From Macrostomum lignano (lineage: Eukaryota), in contig NIVC01001864.1 of the NCBI GenBank assembly GCA_002269645.1, positions 146,103 to 210,102 on the forward strand: DNA of 64,000 nt, in the 5' to 3' direction. Within the stretch, counting starts at the first letter, position 1. Every line of letters starts with the position of its first letter. The notes below the pieces were generated by a model. The model saw only the letters and a program-made list of their open reading frames with translations, was not told where the DNA came from and did no database searches. The position numbers were made by a program, and so were the translations under genes. Below, one piece after another: positions 22,846 through 50,266 of this stretch.

Positions 22846-23403
22846 CCCCAACCCTAAAGTTCCCCAACCCTAAACTTCCCCCAACCCTAAACTTCCCCAA
22901 CCCAAATCTTCCCAACCCAAATCTTCCCAACCCTGAACTTGCCAAACCCTAAACTTCACCAACCCTAAACTTCCCCAACCCTAACCTTCCCCAACCCTAA
23001 ACTTCCCCAACCCTAAACTTCCCCCAACCCAAATCTTCCCAACCCTGAACTTGCCAAACCCTAAACTTCACCAACCCTAAACTTCCCCAACCCTAACCTT
23101 CCCCAACCCTAAACTTCCCCAACCCTAAACTTCCCCCAACCCAAATCTTCCCAACCCTAAACTTGCCAAACCCTAAACTTCGCCCAACTCTAAACTTCCT
23201 AACCCTAAACTTTCTAACCCTAAACTTCCCAAACCCTAAACTTCCCAAACCCTAAACTTACCAAACCCTAAACTTCCCAAACCCTAAACATCCCAAACCC
23301 AAAACTTCCCAAACTCTAAACTTCCCAAACCCTAAACTTCCTAAACCCTAAACTTCCCAAACCCTAAACTTCCCAAACCATAAACTTACCCAGCCCTAAA
23401 CTT
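22846..23403. repeat. 16-17-bp minisatellite containing CCCTAA (telomere-like)
   Basis: CCCAAACCCTAAACTT / CCCCAACCCTAAACTT units. Confidence 0.9.
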
Positions 23404-23961
23404 CGCAATGAGCTCAGTGCGTGAAGAGTCGCAGTCCCCCTAAGTGAAAAATATCCTTGAGCAATCGTTTCTTGGAAATCGGTCACTAATCCAACCGCAG
23501 CTTAGCTTACAGACCCGACGCTAAGACCCTGGGGATGGCCGCGGGGGGAACAGCCGAGAGCGGGCAAGAGGCCTGAGGGTGGGAAAACGCCTTGCGGAGC
23601 GAGTGAAAGGGGATTATTTTTCGGGCTTGATGGCGGCGCCGAGGCAGGCGGGGGAGCGCGAGTCAGACAGCTGCAGGCGACGGAAACTCCGCGGGGACGC
23701 CCCAATTAGCGACCGAGCCGGCCGCGGGGAGATGAGGCCAGCCATCCAATCTCCGGGTGCCCTCTCGGTCGCAGTTGAGACTGCAGGCCTGGCATTTCCG
23801 GGGGGCTCTGCGGCTGACATTGCTTTGGAGAGATAAACCCGCCTCCCCCTTAAAACGGGATCGTGCTCAGATCCCTTTTCCCAGCGACAGGGCCAGCCTG
23901 TCTGGTGCCACCTTCCCTTCCATCCTCTTTTACTTTTTCCCCAAACCCCAGAATAGTTGCT

Positions 23962-29054
<5,093 letters not shown>

Positions 29055-29433
29055 AGCGGATTCGCTCGCTTCTTGGAGCCAGATTCAGAAATGTTATCGC
29101 TACACTACTTCTGTTTTATTTAGTAGTAGTATTTTGCGGATATTATTGTAAATTACTATTTGCGTGAGAAAAATGCGTTAAAATTGTACTCAGTAGGTTA
29201 GGCCTGTAGCTGTAACTTCGGAACTTGCTTGCAATGAGCTGTGCTTTTGAGTTTAAACTCGTGCCCATACGAGCTATCTGGTGACAGTAGCTAGTCTGTT
29301 TCTGTTTCTGACCTGTCTGTTATGCGATTCAAGTATGCATTTAAGATAAGCGCGAATATTCACAATATTCACATTCACAATATATTCACAATATTCGCGA
29401 ATAGTTAGTCATTCACACCAAAAATTAATCAAC

Positions 29434-29669
29434 TCAGTCAGTCAGTCAGTCAGTCAGTCAGTCAGTCAGTCAGTCAGTCAGTCAGTCAGTCAGTCAGTCA
29501 GTCAGTCAGTCAGTCAGTCAGTCAGTCAGTCAGTCAGTCAGTCAGTCAGTCAGTCAGTCAGTCAGTCAGTCAGTCAGTCAGTCAGTCAGTCAGTCAGTCA
29601 GTCAGTCAGTCAGTCAGTCAGTCAGTCAGTCAGTCAGTCAGTCAGTCAGTCAGTCAGTCAGTCAGTCAG
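29434..29669. repeat. (TCAG)n microsatellite
   Basis: Directly visible. Confidence 0.98.
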
Positions 29670-30317
29670 CAGTTTTACTGTTTTACTTACCGAGGCAGCT
29701 GTTTTCTCTAAAAGCAAACTGCCCAGCCGCTGAAAGTTAAAAGGCCACCAGCATCATCCGCCCGGCTTCTGGGCTGCGGCGGCGGGAAATCCGAGACAGA
29801 TGACGGGTGGAGAATTCAGAATCCCTTTGAGACCGCGAAGCGATGAAGTTAGGGAAGTGGGGGGGGAGCTTGAGCAGAGCGCGCGGTGGGAACCAACCGG
29901 CAGGGGCTTCATCAAGTATTGGAGATGCTGGATGCTAGGATATCAGGGCCTTCGACATCACTATTTATTTTAGCACTCCAACCCCCAGCCCAGCGGTTTT
30001 TTCTCCTCATTTCCAGACCGCCCCCCCTCAGTCATCTTGTTGTCGAGCAAAACACCGACATCCCTGCGGAGGGAGGAGGCGGCCGGGCGGTCTGAGCAGG
30101 GAGTGGGAATCGCTAGTAAGGATTTTTGAGTTTCATATTTGATACCTTCCAAGTAGGCGGGCGGGATGGCTCAGTTCTCATACAGGTCCGGGGGCTATTT
30201 GTGTAAAAATTACCTGCTAGTGTATTGGAGCTTTGCTACAATTCCATACACTCGTACGTGGGGCCTGAGCCCCATGTGGGTCTCATTGGTTGCCTGGCGA
30301 AGTTCTCGCTTACAAGC

Positions 30318-31075
30318 TCATGTTCAGCGCCAAAACTGATATCAATTGGAGTATTGAACTCGATCATGTTCAGCGCCAAAACTGATATCAATTGGAGCAT
30401 TGAAGTCGATCATTTTAGCGCCAAAACTGACATCAATTGGAGCATTGAAGTCGATCATTTTAGCGCCAAAACTGACATCAATTGGAGCATTGAAGTCGAT
30501 CATTTTAGCGCCAAAACTGACATCAATTGGAGCATTGAACTCGATCATGTTCAGCGCCAAAACTGACATCAATTGGAGCATTGAACTCGATCATGTTCAG
30601 CGCCAAAACTGACATCAATTGGAGCATTGAACTCGATCATGTTCAGCGCCAAAACTGACATCAATTGAAGCATTGAACTCGATCATGTTCAGCGCCAAAA
30701 CTGACATCAATTGGAGCATTGAATTCGATCATGTTCAGCGCCAAAACTGACATCAATTGGAGCATTGAATTCGATCATGTTCAGCGCCAAAACTGACATC
30801 AATTGGAGCATTGAACTCGATCATGTTCAGCGCCAAAACTGACATCAATTGGAGCATTGAACTCGATCATGTTCAGCGCCAAAGCTGACATCAATTGGAG
30901 CATTGAACTCGATCATGTTCAGCGCCAAAGCTGACATCAATTGGAGCATTGAACTCGATCATGTTCAGCGCCAAAGCTGACATCAATTGGAGCATTGAAC
31001 TCGATCATGTTCAGCGCCAAAGCTGACATCAATTGGAGCATTGAAGTCGATAATTTTTAGCGCCAAAATTGATAT
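30318..31075. repeat. 46-bp minisatellite, about 16 copies
   Basis: TCGATCATGTTCAGCGCCAAAACTGACATCAATTGGAGCATTGAAC repeated. Confidence 0.97.
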
Positions 31076-33029
31076 AAACTGATCCCAATTTTTGCGCTAA
31101 AAGTCAATCTATTTAGTTACGAGAATATTTTTATGAACTCAATAGAATCGCATGACAAAAAATTGGCCTATGCAGTTGCCCTGTACAGAATTAAACAACT
31201 GCTCTGTTTTCACAGCAACGGTTTACTTGGACTCAGGTAAACTCAGCCTTGAGGCTGATTAGAGAGGCCAGATGGGGGACTTCAAGTGTCCCTTGCGGCC
31301 GGTACCCATGGCCTGCCCATGCTAATGAAGAGTCTCAACAGCTCAAGGCAGCGGGAGAGACAAGCTTGCAGCAGCAACAGCCCCAAACGAATGAAAAATT
31401 CAGCTCTGCAGGCTCAGCGGAGAGAAGACACTTCTTCTTTCGCTGTCTTTGCTGCCTTCTCTTTCCGCGGACAAAAAAGTTTCGCATGCGTGTTGTGTTC
31501 CCCACCCCCCCCCATTGCGGTGCGCCCCGCGGACTGGGCAGACTAAAAGGGGAGAAGTCAGCGAGCCGCGGGGGGTCTGCAGCCGCAGAGCGGGGGGCGA
31601 TTAGGCCTGCTGCGGCTGCCTCTCCGCTCTTTTGTTTCCCTGAGCAGACAGTTGTTTCTAGCGGTTTCTTGCTGCTGCTGCCGCTGCTCCTGGAGTGGCT
31701 GCAGGCTCTGCTTCAGCCAGGTCGTCTTAGACAGCGGAACAATAGGGGGGGGGGGGTCTCCCGCCATCCCGCCAGTCCATCTCGCATCTTCCTCCGCCTG
31801 AAGATCAGCTCAGCCCCTCCAAAATCCAAAGCCACTTCAACCCGCTGTAGCGCGGGCCTGCAGCTTACTGGCTAATGAAGAACCTCAGCGACCAAATGGG
31901 CCTGTAGCGACTTGAAAGCTGCTGTCCCCCCTCCCCTGCTGCAGCGCCGGGCATCAAGTTTTCATGAAGAGAGGCCGAGACGGGGGCCGGAGCAGCGAGT
32001 AGAAATAATAATAATAATAATTGAGGGGAAGAGAGAAAGAGAGGGGAGAACCACCCGGGACACTTGTTGCATAGTCAATGAGAGCGACTTCCCAAGCGGT
32101 CAACTTGCAACCTTCATCATCTCTCATCGTCACCCCATCATCTTTCAGCTCTCCCCAGCTTCCCATAGTGGCCTGGGAGAGAGAAAGAAGAATGAATGAA
32201 TTAAGAAGTAGCGGGATCCAGCATTTGCCGCAGTGTGTGTCTCTCAGCAAACACGCTAGTTTGTTGAGATGATGGCGTTTGGCGTGTGGCTGCTTGCCGC
32301 ATCGGCAACCGCCTCCCGGAAGCAGAAAAAGCCATGCAGAAGAAGAGGATGCAATAGCGCATCGGTCTGTATAAAGAGGTAGAGAGCCAAGAAGAGGAAA
32401 GTCTCTTGACACAGGCAAGCGTGCGCCCTCTATGTGTGCGCGCATGCGGTGTGTGTACCATTTGAAGTGGACAGCTCAAACACACTCACTGTCTTAGCTA
32501 CTGTTACCGCGCAAGTGTGACTGCTGTGACTTTGCAGTCTAATTAAGGCAAGGGCATGTATATTAGGCCTCCATGATTGTGCGTTGTTTGCTCGCTCAGC
32601 GCGGACACGTGGAGCTTGCCGCCTGCAGCAGCTGTGTGATGTTTAACCACCTCTCGAGAGGCCCCCCGGAGTATGGCCCCCGTTCAATGATAAACTGAGG
32701 GAGTAAGCCGAGAGAGCAAACATGGGGCGGCTTGTCAACTCAAAATTTTATATGAGCAGTTTGTATAAGCTTTCATTTTTCTCCCGCCACCACATGTATA
32801 CACATTCTTTGCCCTGTTTTGCATAAAGCAGGTCTTGAAGATGATTTCAATTTCTACAGGAAGTTCTCACCCGCAGTGGCCAAACAGAGATGCTGGCCAT
32901 TAATGGGAACTGAACCTTCATGATGCCTCAGGCGGGTCTACCTTGCTGAAAGAATGCGCCAAAAATGAGGAGTTTTATCCTTTGTCTAAAATGAATTCAT
33001 CCATGTCCATAACGATGAACTTATAACGC

Positions 33030-33260
33030 TATGACTGGAATTAAAATTATGACCCCACGACTAAAATGAGGATTATGACTCCATGACTGGAATGAAGATT
33101 GTCATCACACGACTAAAATGAGGATTATGACTCCATGACTGAAATGAGGATTATGATCCCATGACTGAAATGAAGATTATGATCAACTGACTGAAATGAA
33201 AAATATGATCACATAACTAAAATGAGGATTATGATCCCACAACCTTAATGAGGATTCTTA
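33030..33260. repeat. Degenerate repeat of about 25 bp
   Basis: GAGGATTATGACTCCATGACTGAAAT-like units. Confidence 0.75.
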
Positions 33261-33851
33261 ACCTAGGACTGCATTAATTGCATTCAACGCGAAATGAAGC
33301 AATTGCCACTAAAGCAGACAGTTGTTATTATAGCAATGCTAGAAAGCACAGTTTGATAAAAGTTATAAGTTATTCAGATCAAGTTACCTGGAGATATATT
33401 CTCTATTAAAACACTATAGTTGGATATTTCTAGCACAGATGACTTGCTAAAATGTTATCTGTCAATGGACAATTTGATCCACTAGCTGGTTCATTTTTTG
33501 TAGAAAATTAGCTACCTCACTTAGGCATTAGAAGTGGCTCGTGGCTAGAGAGTAAGAGCCAATATCCCCACTTAGCAACTAAATATCCTCTTGCTCAAAA
33601 CAGGTCGCGTGGACCAGGCTAGGGGTTGAGCTCACCTGACAATGGGAGACAATGGGTGACCTCTTGACGCTAACTTGAGAGGAAAAGTGAGTTTTTAGTT
33701 TTGCAACGGAAGCTCCAAAAAGCTTTCGGCAACTTTGTGTCTCCGGGCAGGGATGGGGATTCCTTGTGATAAGTTTGGGAGAACACTTGGGGATGCGTAG
33801 CTGGCATTTGGTTTCGTTTGCAAAAATTGTCAAGAAGCTAAAAACTGCAAA

Positions 33852-35392
33852 ATATTATCCCATGACTGCTTTGGGATACACGAATTCCCTATGAGCTGAG
33901 GATATTATCCCATGACTGCTTTGGGATACACGAATTCCCTATGAGCTGAGGATATTATCCCATTACTGCTTTGAGATACACGAATTCCCTATGAGCTGAG
34001 GATATTATCCCATGACTGCTTTGGGATACACGAATTCCCTATGAGCTGAGGATATTATCCCATGACTGCTTTGGGATACACGAATTCCCTATGAGCTGAG
34101 GATATTATCCCATGACTGCTTTGGGATACATGAATTCCCTATGAGCTGAGGATATTATCCCATGACTGCTTTGGGATACACGAATTCCCTATGAGCTGAG
34201 GATATTATCCCATGACTGCTTTGGGATACACGAATTCCCTTTGAGCTGGGGATATTACCCCATGACTGCTTTGGGATACACGAATTCCCTATGAGCTGGG
34301 GATATTATCCCATGACTGCTTTGGGATACACGAATTCCCTTTGAGCTGAGGATATTATCCCATGACTGCTTTGGGATATACGAATTCCCTTTGAGCTGAG
34401 GATATTATCCCATTACTGCTTTGGGATACATGAATTCCCTATGAGCTGGGGATATTATCCTACGACTGCTTTGGGATACACGAATTCCCTATGAGCTGAG
34501 GATATTATCCCATGACTGCTTTGGGATACACGAATTCCCTTTGAGCTGAGGATATTATCCCATGACTGCTTTGGGATATACGAATTCCCTTTGAGCTGAG
34601 GATATTATCCCATTACTGCTTTGGGATACATGAATTCCCTATGAGCTGGGGATATTATCCTACGACTGCTTTGGGATACACGAATTCCTTATGAGCTGGG
34701 GATATTATCCCATGACTGCTTTGGTTGCATTAATTCCCTATGAGCTGGGGATATTATCCTATGACTGCTTTGGTTGCATTAATTCCCTATGAACTGGGGA
34801 TATTATCCTATGACTGCTTTGGTTGCATTAATTCCCTATGAACTGGGGATATTATCCTATGACTGCTTTGGGATACACGAATTCCCTTTGAGCTGGGGAT
34901 ATTATCCTATGACTGCTTTGGGATACACGAATTCCCTTTGAGCTGGGGATATTATCCCATGACTGCTTTGGTTGCATTAATTCCCTATGAACTGGGGATA
35001 TTATCCTATGACTGCTTTGGTTGCATTAATTCCCTATGAACTGGGGATATTATCCTATGACTGCTTTGGGATACACGAATTCCCTTTGAGCTGGGGATAT
35101 TATCCTATGACTGCTTTGGGATACACGAATTCCCTTTGAGCTGGGGATATTATCCCATGACTGCTTTGGTTGCATTAATTCCCTATGAACTGAGGATATT
35201 ATCCTATGACTGCTTTGGGATACACGAATTCCCTTTGAGCTGGGGATATTATCCCATGACTGCTTTGGGATACACGAATTCCCTATGAGCTGAGGATATT
35301 ATCCCATTACTGCTTTGGTTGCATTAATTCCCTATGAGCTGGGGATATGTTCCCATATCTGCTTTCAGTTTCATGAACTCCCCATCAGCTGG
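33852..35392. repeat. 50-bp minisatellite (48-bp variant), about 31 copies, with an internal hairpin
   Basis: GATATTATCCCATGACTGCTTTGGGATACACGAATTCCCTATGAGCTGAG repeated. Confidence 0.97.
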
Positions 35393-35772
35393 GATATCCT
35401 CTGGCTTTTTAACCCTAAAATAATAAATAGCTCTTGAGTCGAACACAAATGAAAACAAATTTAATGTGTCTAATGAACAAAAAAAGATTAAGCAGTATGA
35501 TGGATATTTGTAAATGTATTTTTCATATTTTTATAGACATGAATGTATTGATTACACTCTAAGGTAATAGAAAAGTATCAATGTACAATGGGAACAACAG
35601 ATGAGTGACATTTTGCCAGTTAAAACAGGAACATTGTCACAGGTAGAATCCATGCAGTTCGGACAAGTACACTTTTGAAGATCGCATGAAAAAGTACATT
35701 TAGGAGGTTGAGAGCAGAGGTTATGCCGCAAATAAAGGGAAACAGAAACGGTGAAAAGACAGGGATAAGGAT

Positions 35773-36030
35773 AGTGACAGTCGATGTCAGAGAGAGTAAG
35801 TGTCATTTGATGTCAGAGAGGGTAGCGTGTCAGTCGATGTCAGAGAGGGTAAGCGTCAGTCGATGTCAGAGAGGGTAGCGTCAATCGATGTCAGAGAGGG
35901 TATTGTCAGTCGATGTCAGAGAGTGTCATTTGATGTCAGAGAGGGTAGTGTCAGTCGATGTCAGAGAGTGTAGTGTCAGTCGATGTCAGAGAGGGTAGTG
36001 TGTCAGTCGATGTCAGAGAGGGTAGTGTCA
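35773..36030. repeat. About 26-bp minisatellite
   Basis: GTCAGTCGATGTCAGAGAGGGTAGT-like units. Confidence 0.88.
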
Positions 36031-36139
36031 GGCAAAGTCAGTCAAGTGTCAGGCGTAAAGTTAGCAAATTAAATGTATATTTATGTCTGTAACATGTTCA
36101 TAGCATGTGTACTCGAACTCTCGCTCGTTCTTTGGGCTG

Positions 36140-45234
<9,095 letters not shown>

Positions 45235-45299
45235 TGTTTTATTTCACGGCAGCTAATTGTTTAATTAATACTTCTGTATTAATGGCAGGGAGTTACTAA

Positions 45300-45620
45300 T
45301 TTGGATGCTTGGATGCGGAGCCCCAGAGGGTGGCTAAACTGAGCCTTTTAAATGGGAGAATTGTTAGCGGAGGCGGGGTGGCCGCGGGCCAGGGGGGGTG
45401 GCGGGAGCGGAATTCGCGACTCGCTGACTGCCTGACTGAGAGGAGTAAAAATTGGCTTGGGAAAATGTTGGGAGCGCAGCAGGTGCGGCCTTGGGACCGG
45501 CAGGGTGGTGGGTCGGAGGGGGAGGCCAGGCGATCAGTGGGGGATCGGAGGGGGGCCGCTGGGCCGGCCGGGGCAGCCAATGAGGCGGTCAGACTGGGCC
45601 TTGCTATTGGCTGACTGCTC
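45300..45620 (-). promoter_or_regulatory. GC-rich proximal promoter candidate of the NR2E gene with two opposed CCAAT boxes
   Basis: CCAAT at 45577-45581 and ATTGG at 45606-45610, GC-rich, 70-380 bp upstream of ATG 45234. Confidence 0.4.
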
Positions 45621-45795
45621 AAGGGATGCTCAAATGTTATACTGTTTTGGCGAATTCCCGCTGGTGGAGCTGTTTTGAAGTTCTAATTGGCAATAGTTTA
45701 TGACGGGTACAGAAGGACTCCGTAGCTTTTCTATCAGTAGCAAGATTAGACCATCTATTGACCATTAGAGGGCTCTCCTGTCCTTGTCAATAGAT

Positions 45796-46850
45796 TCTCA
45801 GAGATCTCCACTGCTTTTCGTGTCTCAGAGATCTCATCTCACTGTATCCCATGTCTCAGAGATCTCCACTGTATCCCATGTCTCAGAGATCTCCACTGTA
45901 TCCCATGTCTCAGAGCTAGATCTCCACTGTATCCCATGTCTCAGAGCTAGATCTCCACTGTATCCCATGTCTCAGAGATCTCCACTGTATCCCATGTCTC
46001 AGAGATCTCCACTGTATCCCATGTCTCAGAGCTAGATCTCCACTGTATCCCATGTCTCAGAGCTAGATCTCCACTGTATCCCATGTCTCAGAGCTAGATC
46101 TCCACTGTATCCCATGTCTCAGAGATCTCCACTGTATCCCATGTCTCAGAGCTAGATCTCCACTGTATCCCATGTCTCAGAGCTAGATCTCCACTGTATC
46201 CCATGTCTCAGAGCTAGATCTCCACTGTATCCCATGTCTCAGAGCTAGATCTCCACTGTATCCCATGTCTCAGAGCTAGATCTCCACTGTATCCCATGTC
46301 TCAGAGATCTCCACTGTATCCCATGTCTCAGAGCTAGATCTCCACTGTATCCCATGTCTCAGAGCTAGATCTCCACTGTATCCCATGTCTCAGAGCTAGG
46401 TCTCCACTGTATCCCATGTCTCAGAGATCTCCACTGCTTCTCGCGTCTCCGAGATCTCCTCTCACTGCTCCCCGTGTCTCAGAGATCTCCTCTCACTGCT
46501 CCCCGTGTCTCAGAGATCTCCTCTCACTGCTCCCCGTGTCTCAGAGATCTCCTCTCACTGCTCCCCGTGTCTCAGAGATCTCCTCTCACTGCTCCCCGTG
46601 TCTCAGAGATCTCCTCTCACTGCTCCCCGTGTCTCAGAGATCTCCTCTCACTGCTCCCCGTGTCTCAGAGATCTCCTCTCACTGCTTCCTGTGTCTCAGA
46701 GATCTCCACTGCTTCCTGTGTCTCAGAGATCTCAAGCTCATCTCACTGTATCTCATGACCCATGTCTCCGAGATCTCACTTTCTATCCAATGCCTCAGAG
46801 ATCTCATCTCACTGTATCCAGTGTCTCAGAGATGTCCTCTCACTTTCGAT
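45796..46850. repeat. Composite 27/31-bp minisatellite with two sub-arrays
   Basis: TCTCAGAG(CTAG)ATCTCCACTGTATCCCATG, then TCTCAGAGATCTCCTCTCACTGCTCCCCGTG. Confidence 0.95.
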
Positions 46851-48991
46851 ATAGTCTCATCAATTTCATCTCAATCTAAATAGATTATCACAGATCCAAT
46901 CTCACTCTCGATAGATTAGATTTAAAGCGAAGAACACGATTACTTTGTCCCAAAACAAAAGAAATTTGAAGCAGACAAACTGGGTCTGGAGGGGCCGTTG
47001 CACCTGCAACTTCAACAGCAGTTTTTTCTTTGAATCTATAGCCTCTGTCGTTATTCACTCTCATGGAGAAACAGTTTGATTGGCTCGCTTAATCAGGGAA
47101 TTAATTAGCAGTCGCTAAGGTGCACTACCATAACAGGCGAGTGGCATCCGCTCTGGGGACCGGGGTTGCTCACATGATTTTAAACGAACTTTAAACATCT
47201 GAATAGATAAGAGGCTGTTGTATATGCACTGAGCATTACCTCTTCACGGAATACTCGTATAGTGAGTTCCGTTATGGGAAGCGAGGCATTGTGAGAAGGA
47301 TTTGTTGCTAAACTCTATTTTTTTCCACGAGGCTCTGCGACATTGTTGCACTGTCCGCGGGATTTCAACGAATCCACAGGCGGTCCGGCTGAGGGGGGGT
47401 TGAAGGGGAGTCAGCGGACCTCAGTGGCGGGATGGGCTATGGGTGGGGCCAAGGGGGTCGCCAGACAATGAGGTTCGAGGTGAGGGGGATCGCAACTGAT
47501 GCGGAGACAATGATGATGAAGAGAGGATAAGAGAGGCTGGGAAAGTGTCTGTGGCCTATGGGAGGGTGTGGCACGGACTCGCGGGTTAACGGGAAGCCCG
47601 AATATTAACAATTCCTTCATCTTTTTTCATTTAGAAGTTGAGCTGGCCTTGCCTCACGCCCTCCAAGCTCGAGCCGAGCTGGTCCATACTGTCTCCATCA
47701 ATTTAAGTCACGCTTAGTGCTCAAGCATCCCGCGGCGTCGCCTCTGCACGGGGACTCTCGAGTGTGCAGAGCACCGTGGGAGGGCACCGCGAGGGCACAG
47801 CGGGTTAAGGAAGCTGGGCAAAGGATTCTGGAATTATAGGCCTACTATATGATGAAGCATTCTATGGGGGAACATCCTTACTCTACACTTCGACTGTGAT
47901 CTTCGATACATTCCATCAATTGAGACCCAAAGGACGCGAAAAAAATGAAAAATCTTCCCAAATAATTCAGCCACATAAACTTGACTCATGGAATCATGGG
48001 ACAATGCCCATGTATAGTAACAATGAAATATTCATTTTAAAATGCGGGAAAATGCAAGCTATTGTTTATTTTTATGTTTAATTTTTTAAACTAAGAAAAC
48101 TTTGCATTTCCAAGCCTTGCATAGCAACCGCGAATGCCGGCATTGCGGTGAATGAATCTTTACCCAACAATTCCCTTAGGACTCGAAGAAATAATAATTC
48201 ATAATTGTCTGTCCTGTGCTGTGGTGTTGCGCATTTGATTTCGACTCAACTGTGTGACATTCAGTTTGCACCATGCAGAAAATAATTTTTTTCACGCTTA
48301 TCTTCAAGATAATTAGGGTTATGGGATTATGACTATCATTCAGCCGATTTTGCTTCTTCCTTCTTTTGCGCCGCGGGGGACCGCTGCGCACGGGAAAAAA
48401 GCGGCTCTTGCTGCCGCCGCTGCTGCAGCTGGGCGGACTCCCATGCCTCTTTGGGAGAAGTCGTGTGGCGCGCGGCCCTCCAAGCAGAATCTTTTGCCTC
48501 CCAGACGCTCAAACCCCTCTGTCCTCTCCATCTTCCCCTTTTGGCTTCCACATCTTTTGCATCGGAATCCCAATTTAAGAGATCCTGCATCCCCAATCCA
48601 GAAAGACAGCTTTTTCTGATCGCTTCATGCCTAATTTATCCTCTCCTTCCTCGCGCGGGATCTCCAAAACAAAAATCAACTCCCAGCCCTGCAGTGATGC
48701 GGCAGAGTGGATCCCCTAATTAGCAACTCACTTTGTGTGCTTTTTATCCCCTATCTGTGTGTGCTGCCGTCTGTGAGTCCGACTGGGAGGGGGGGGGGCT
48801 TCAACACAGGACTTCTTTCACGCGCAGGGGGGCCGTGCCTGGCTTTGCACAGGTGCCAGACTTGGACTTGGCTGCAGTTGCAAGGACAGGCAAGTCACCT
48901 GCTCTGCTCTGCCGTCTCTGCATAGCTGCAATGTCGCTTTTTGCTCTGATCGATTCGATCTGCTTTGGGCTCGTGAAATTTGAAGACCTTC

Positions 48992-49378
48992 TCAGAATGA
49001 GACAGGGAGGGCTGGTAGCGGCTGAGCCAGAATGAGACAGTGAGGGCTGGTAGCGGCGCCAGAATGAGACAGTGAGGGCCACCAGAATGAGACAGTGAGG
49101 GCCACCAGAATGAGACAGTGAGGGCCACCAGAATGAGACAGTGAGGGCCACCAGAATGAGACAGTGAGGGCCACCAGAATGAGACAGTGAGGGCCTCCAG
49201 AATAAGACAGTGAGGGCCACCAGAATGAGACAGTGAGGGCCACCAGAATGAGACAGTGAGGGCCACCAGAATGAGACAGTGAGGGCCACCAGAATGAGAC
49301 AGTGAGGGCCACCAGAATGAGACAGTGAGGGCCACCAGAATGAGACAGTGAGGGCCACCAGAATGAGACAGTGAGGGC
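48992..49378. repeat. 23-bp minisatellite
   Basis: GCCACCAGAATGAGACAGTGAGG repeated. Confidence 0.95.
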
Positions 49379-49821
49379 TGGTAGCAGCGCAGAGAGCTGG
49401 TAAGCGGATTAGACTCCGTCTCAATGCTGAGCTGTCCCCGATCGAGTGTTTGAAGATCATTACAGACAAGTGGAAGGGATGCGACAATACAACACTCGTA
49501 ATCACACGTGTTGGCTTCTAGATCCCTCCAGAGCAGAATTTCTCCTCAAAGTCATCCCATTATTTCCCGTCCCCAATAATTATCCAGCTCATCTTTGTGG
49601 CGCAACGCCTGCAAATTCTCACGGCCAGACTGCAGTCCCATGCTTTGGTCCTGTCCCAAACAGGATGCCGATGAAGCGGGGGAACCATGCTCAGGCTAGA
49701 CAATTGGAGCATCAATAGCGAGTTTTAGGGGTCACGAGAGTTCAAGATTGTTTTATTGCAAATGATAAAGCCAAATACATTGATAGTGAACTCTTTTTGC
49801 TTAGATCAGGAATTTCAAATC

Positions 49822-50266
49822 AAGATCATGAACCTCAGATGCCAATCCTGAACCTCATATGCCAATCCTGAACCTCAGATGCCAATCCTGAACCTCATAT
49901 GCCAATCCTGAATCTCATATGCCAATCCTGAATCTCATATGCTAATCCTGAATCTCAAACACCAATCCTGAATCTTATATGCCAATCCTGAATCTCATAT
50001 GCCAATCCTGAATCTCAGATGCCAATCCTGAATCTCAAATGCCAATCCTGAATCTCAAATGCCAATCCTGAATCTCAGACACCAATCCTGAATCTCAGAC
50101 ACCAATCCTGAATCTCAGATGCTAATCCTGAATCTCATATGCCAATCCTGAATCTCAAATGCCAATCCTGAATCTCATATGCCAATCCTGAATCTCATAT
50201 GCCAATCCTGAATCTCATATGCCAATCCTGAATCTCATATGCCAATCATGGATCTCAGATGCCAAT
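49822..50266. repeat. 20-bp minisatellite
   Basis: GCCAATCCTGAATCTCATAT repeated. Confidence 0.95.

Noticed and set aside
31249-32485. Several 60-200 aa ORFs in GC-rich unique sequence
   Set aside because: Overlapping on both strands with no codon bias or domain; more likely regulatory or UTR sequence.
33852-35392. CRISPR-like appearance of the 40-50-bp palindromic repeats (also 30318-31075 and 61012-61732)
   Set aside because: Units are directly adjacent with no unique spacers, there are no cas genes, and the context is eukaryotic.
35552-35806. Cys-rich, metallothionein-like ORF
   Set aside because: No ATG, begins inside a repeat, lacks splice signals, and has AT-rich codon use.
47248-47270. 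Imperfect palindrome with a 10-nt match to the T7 promoter (ACTCACTATA, reverse strand)
   Set aside because: Short match with no other vector sequence; consistent with chance.
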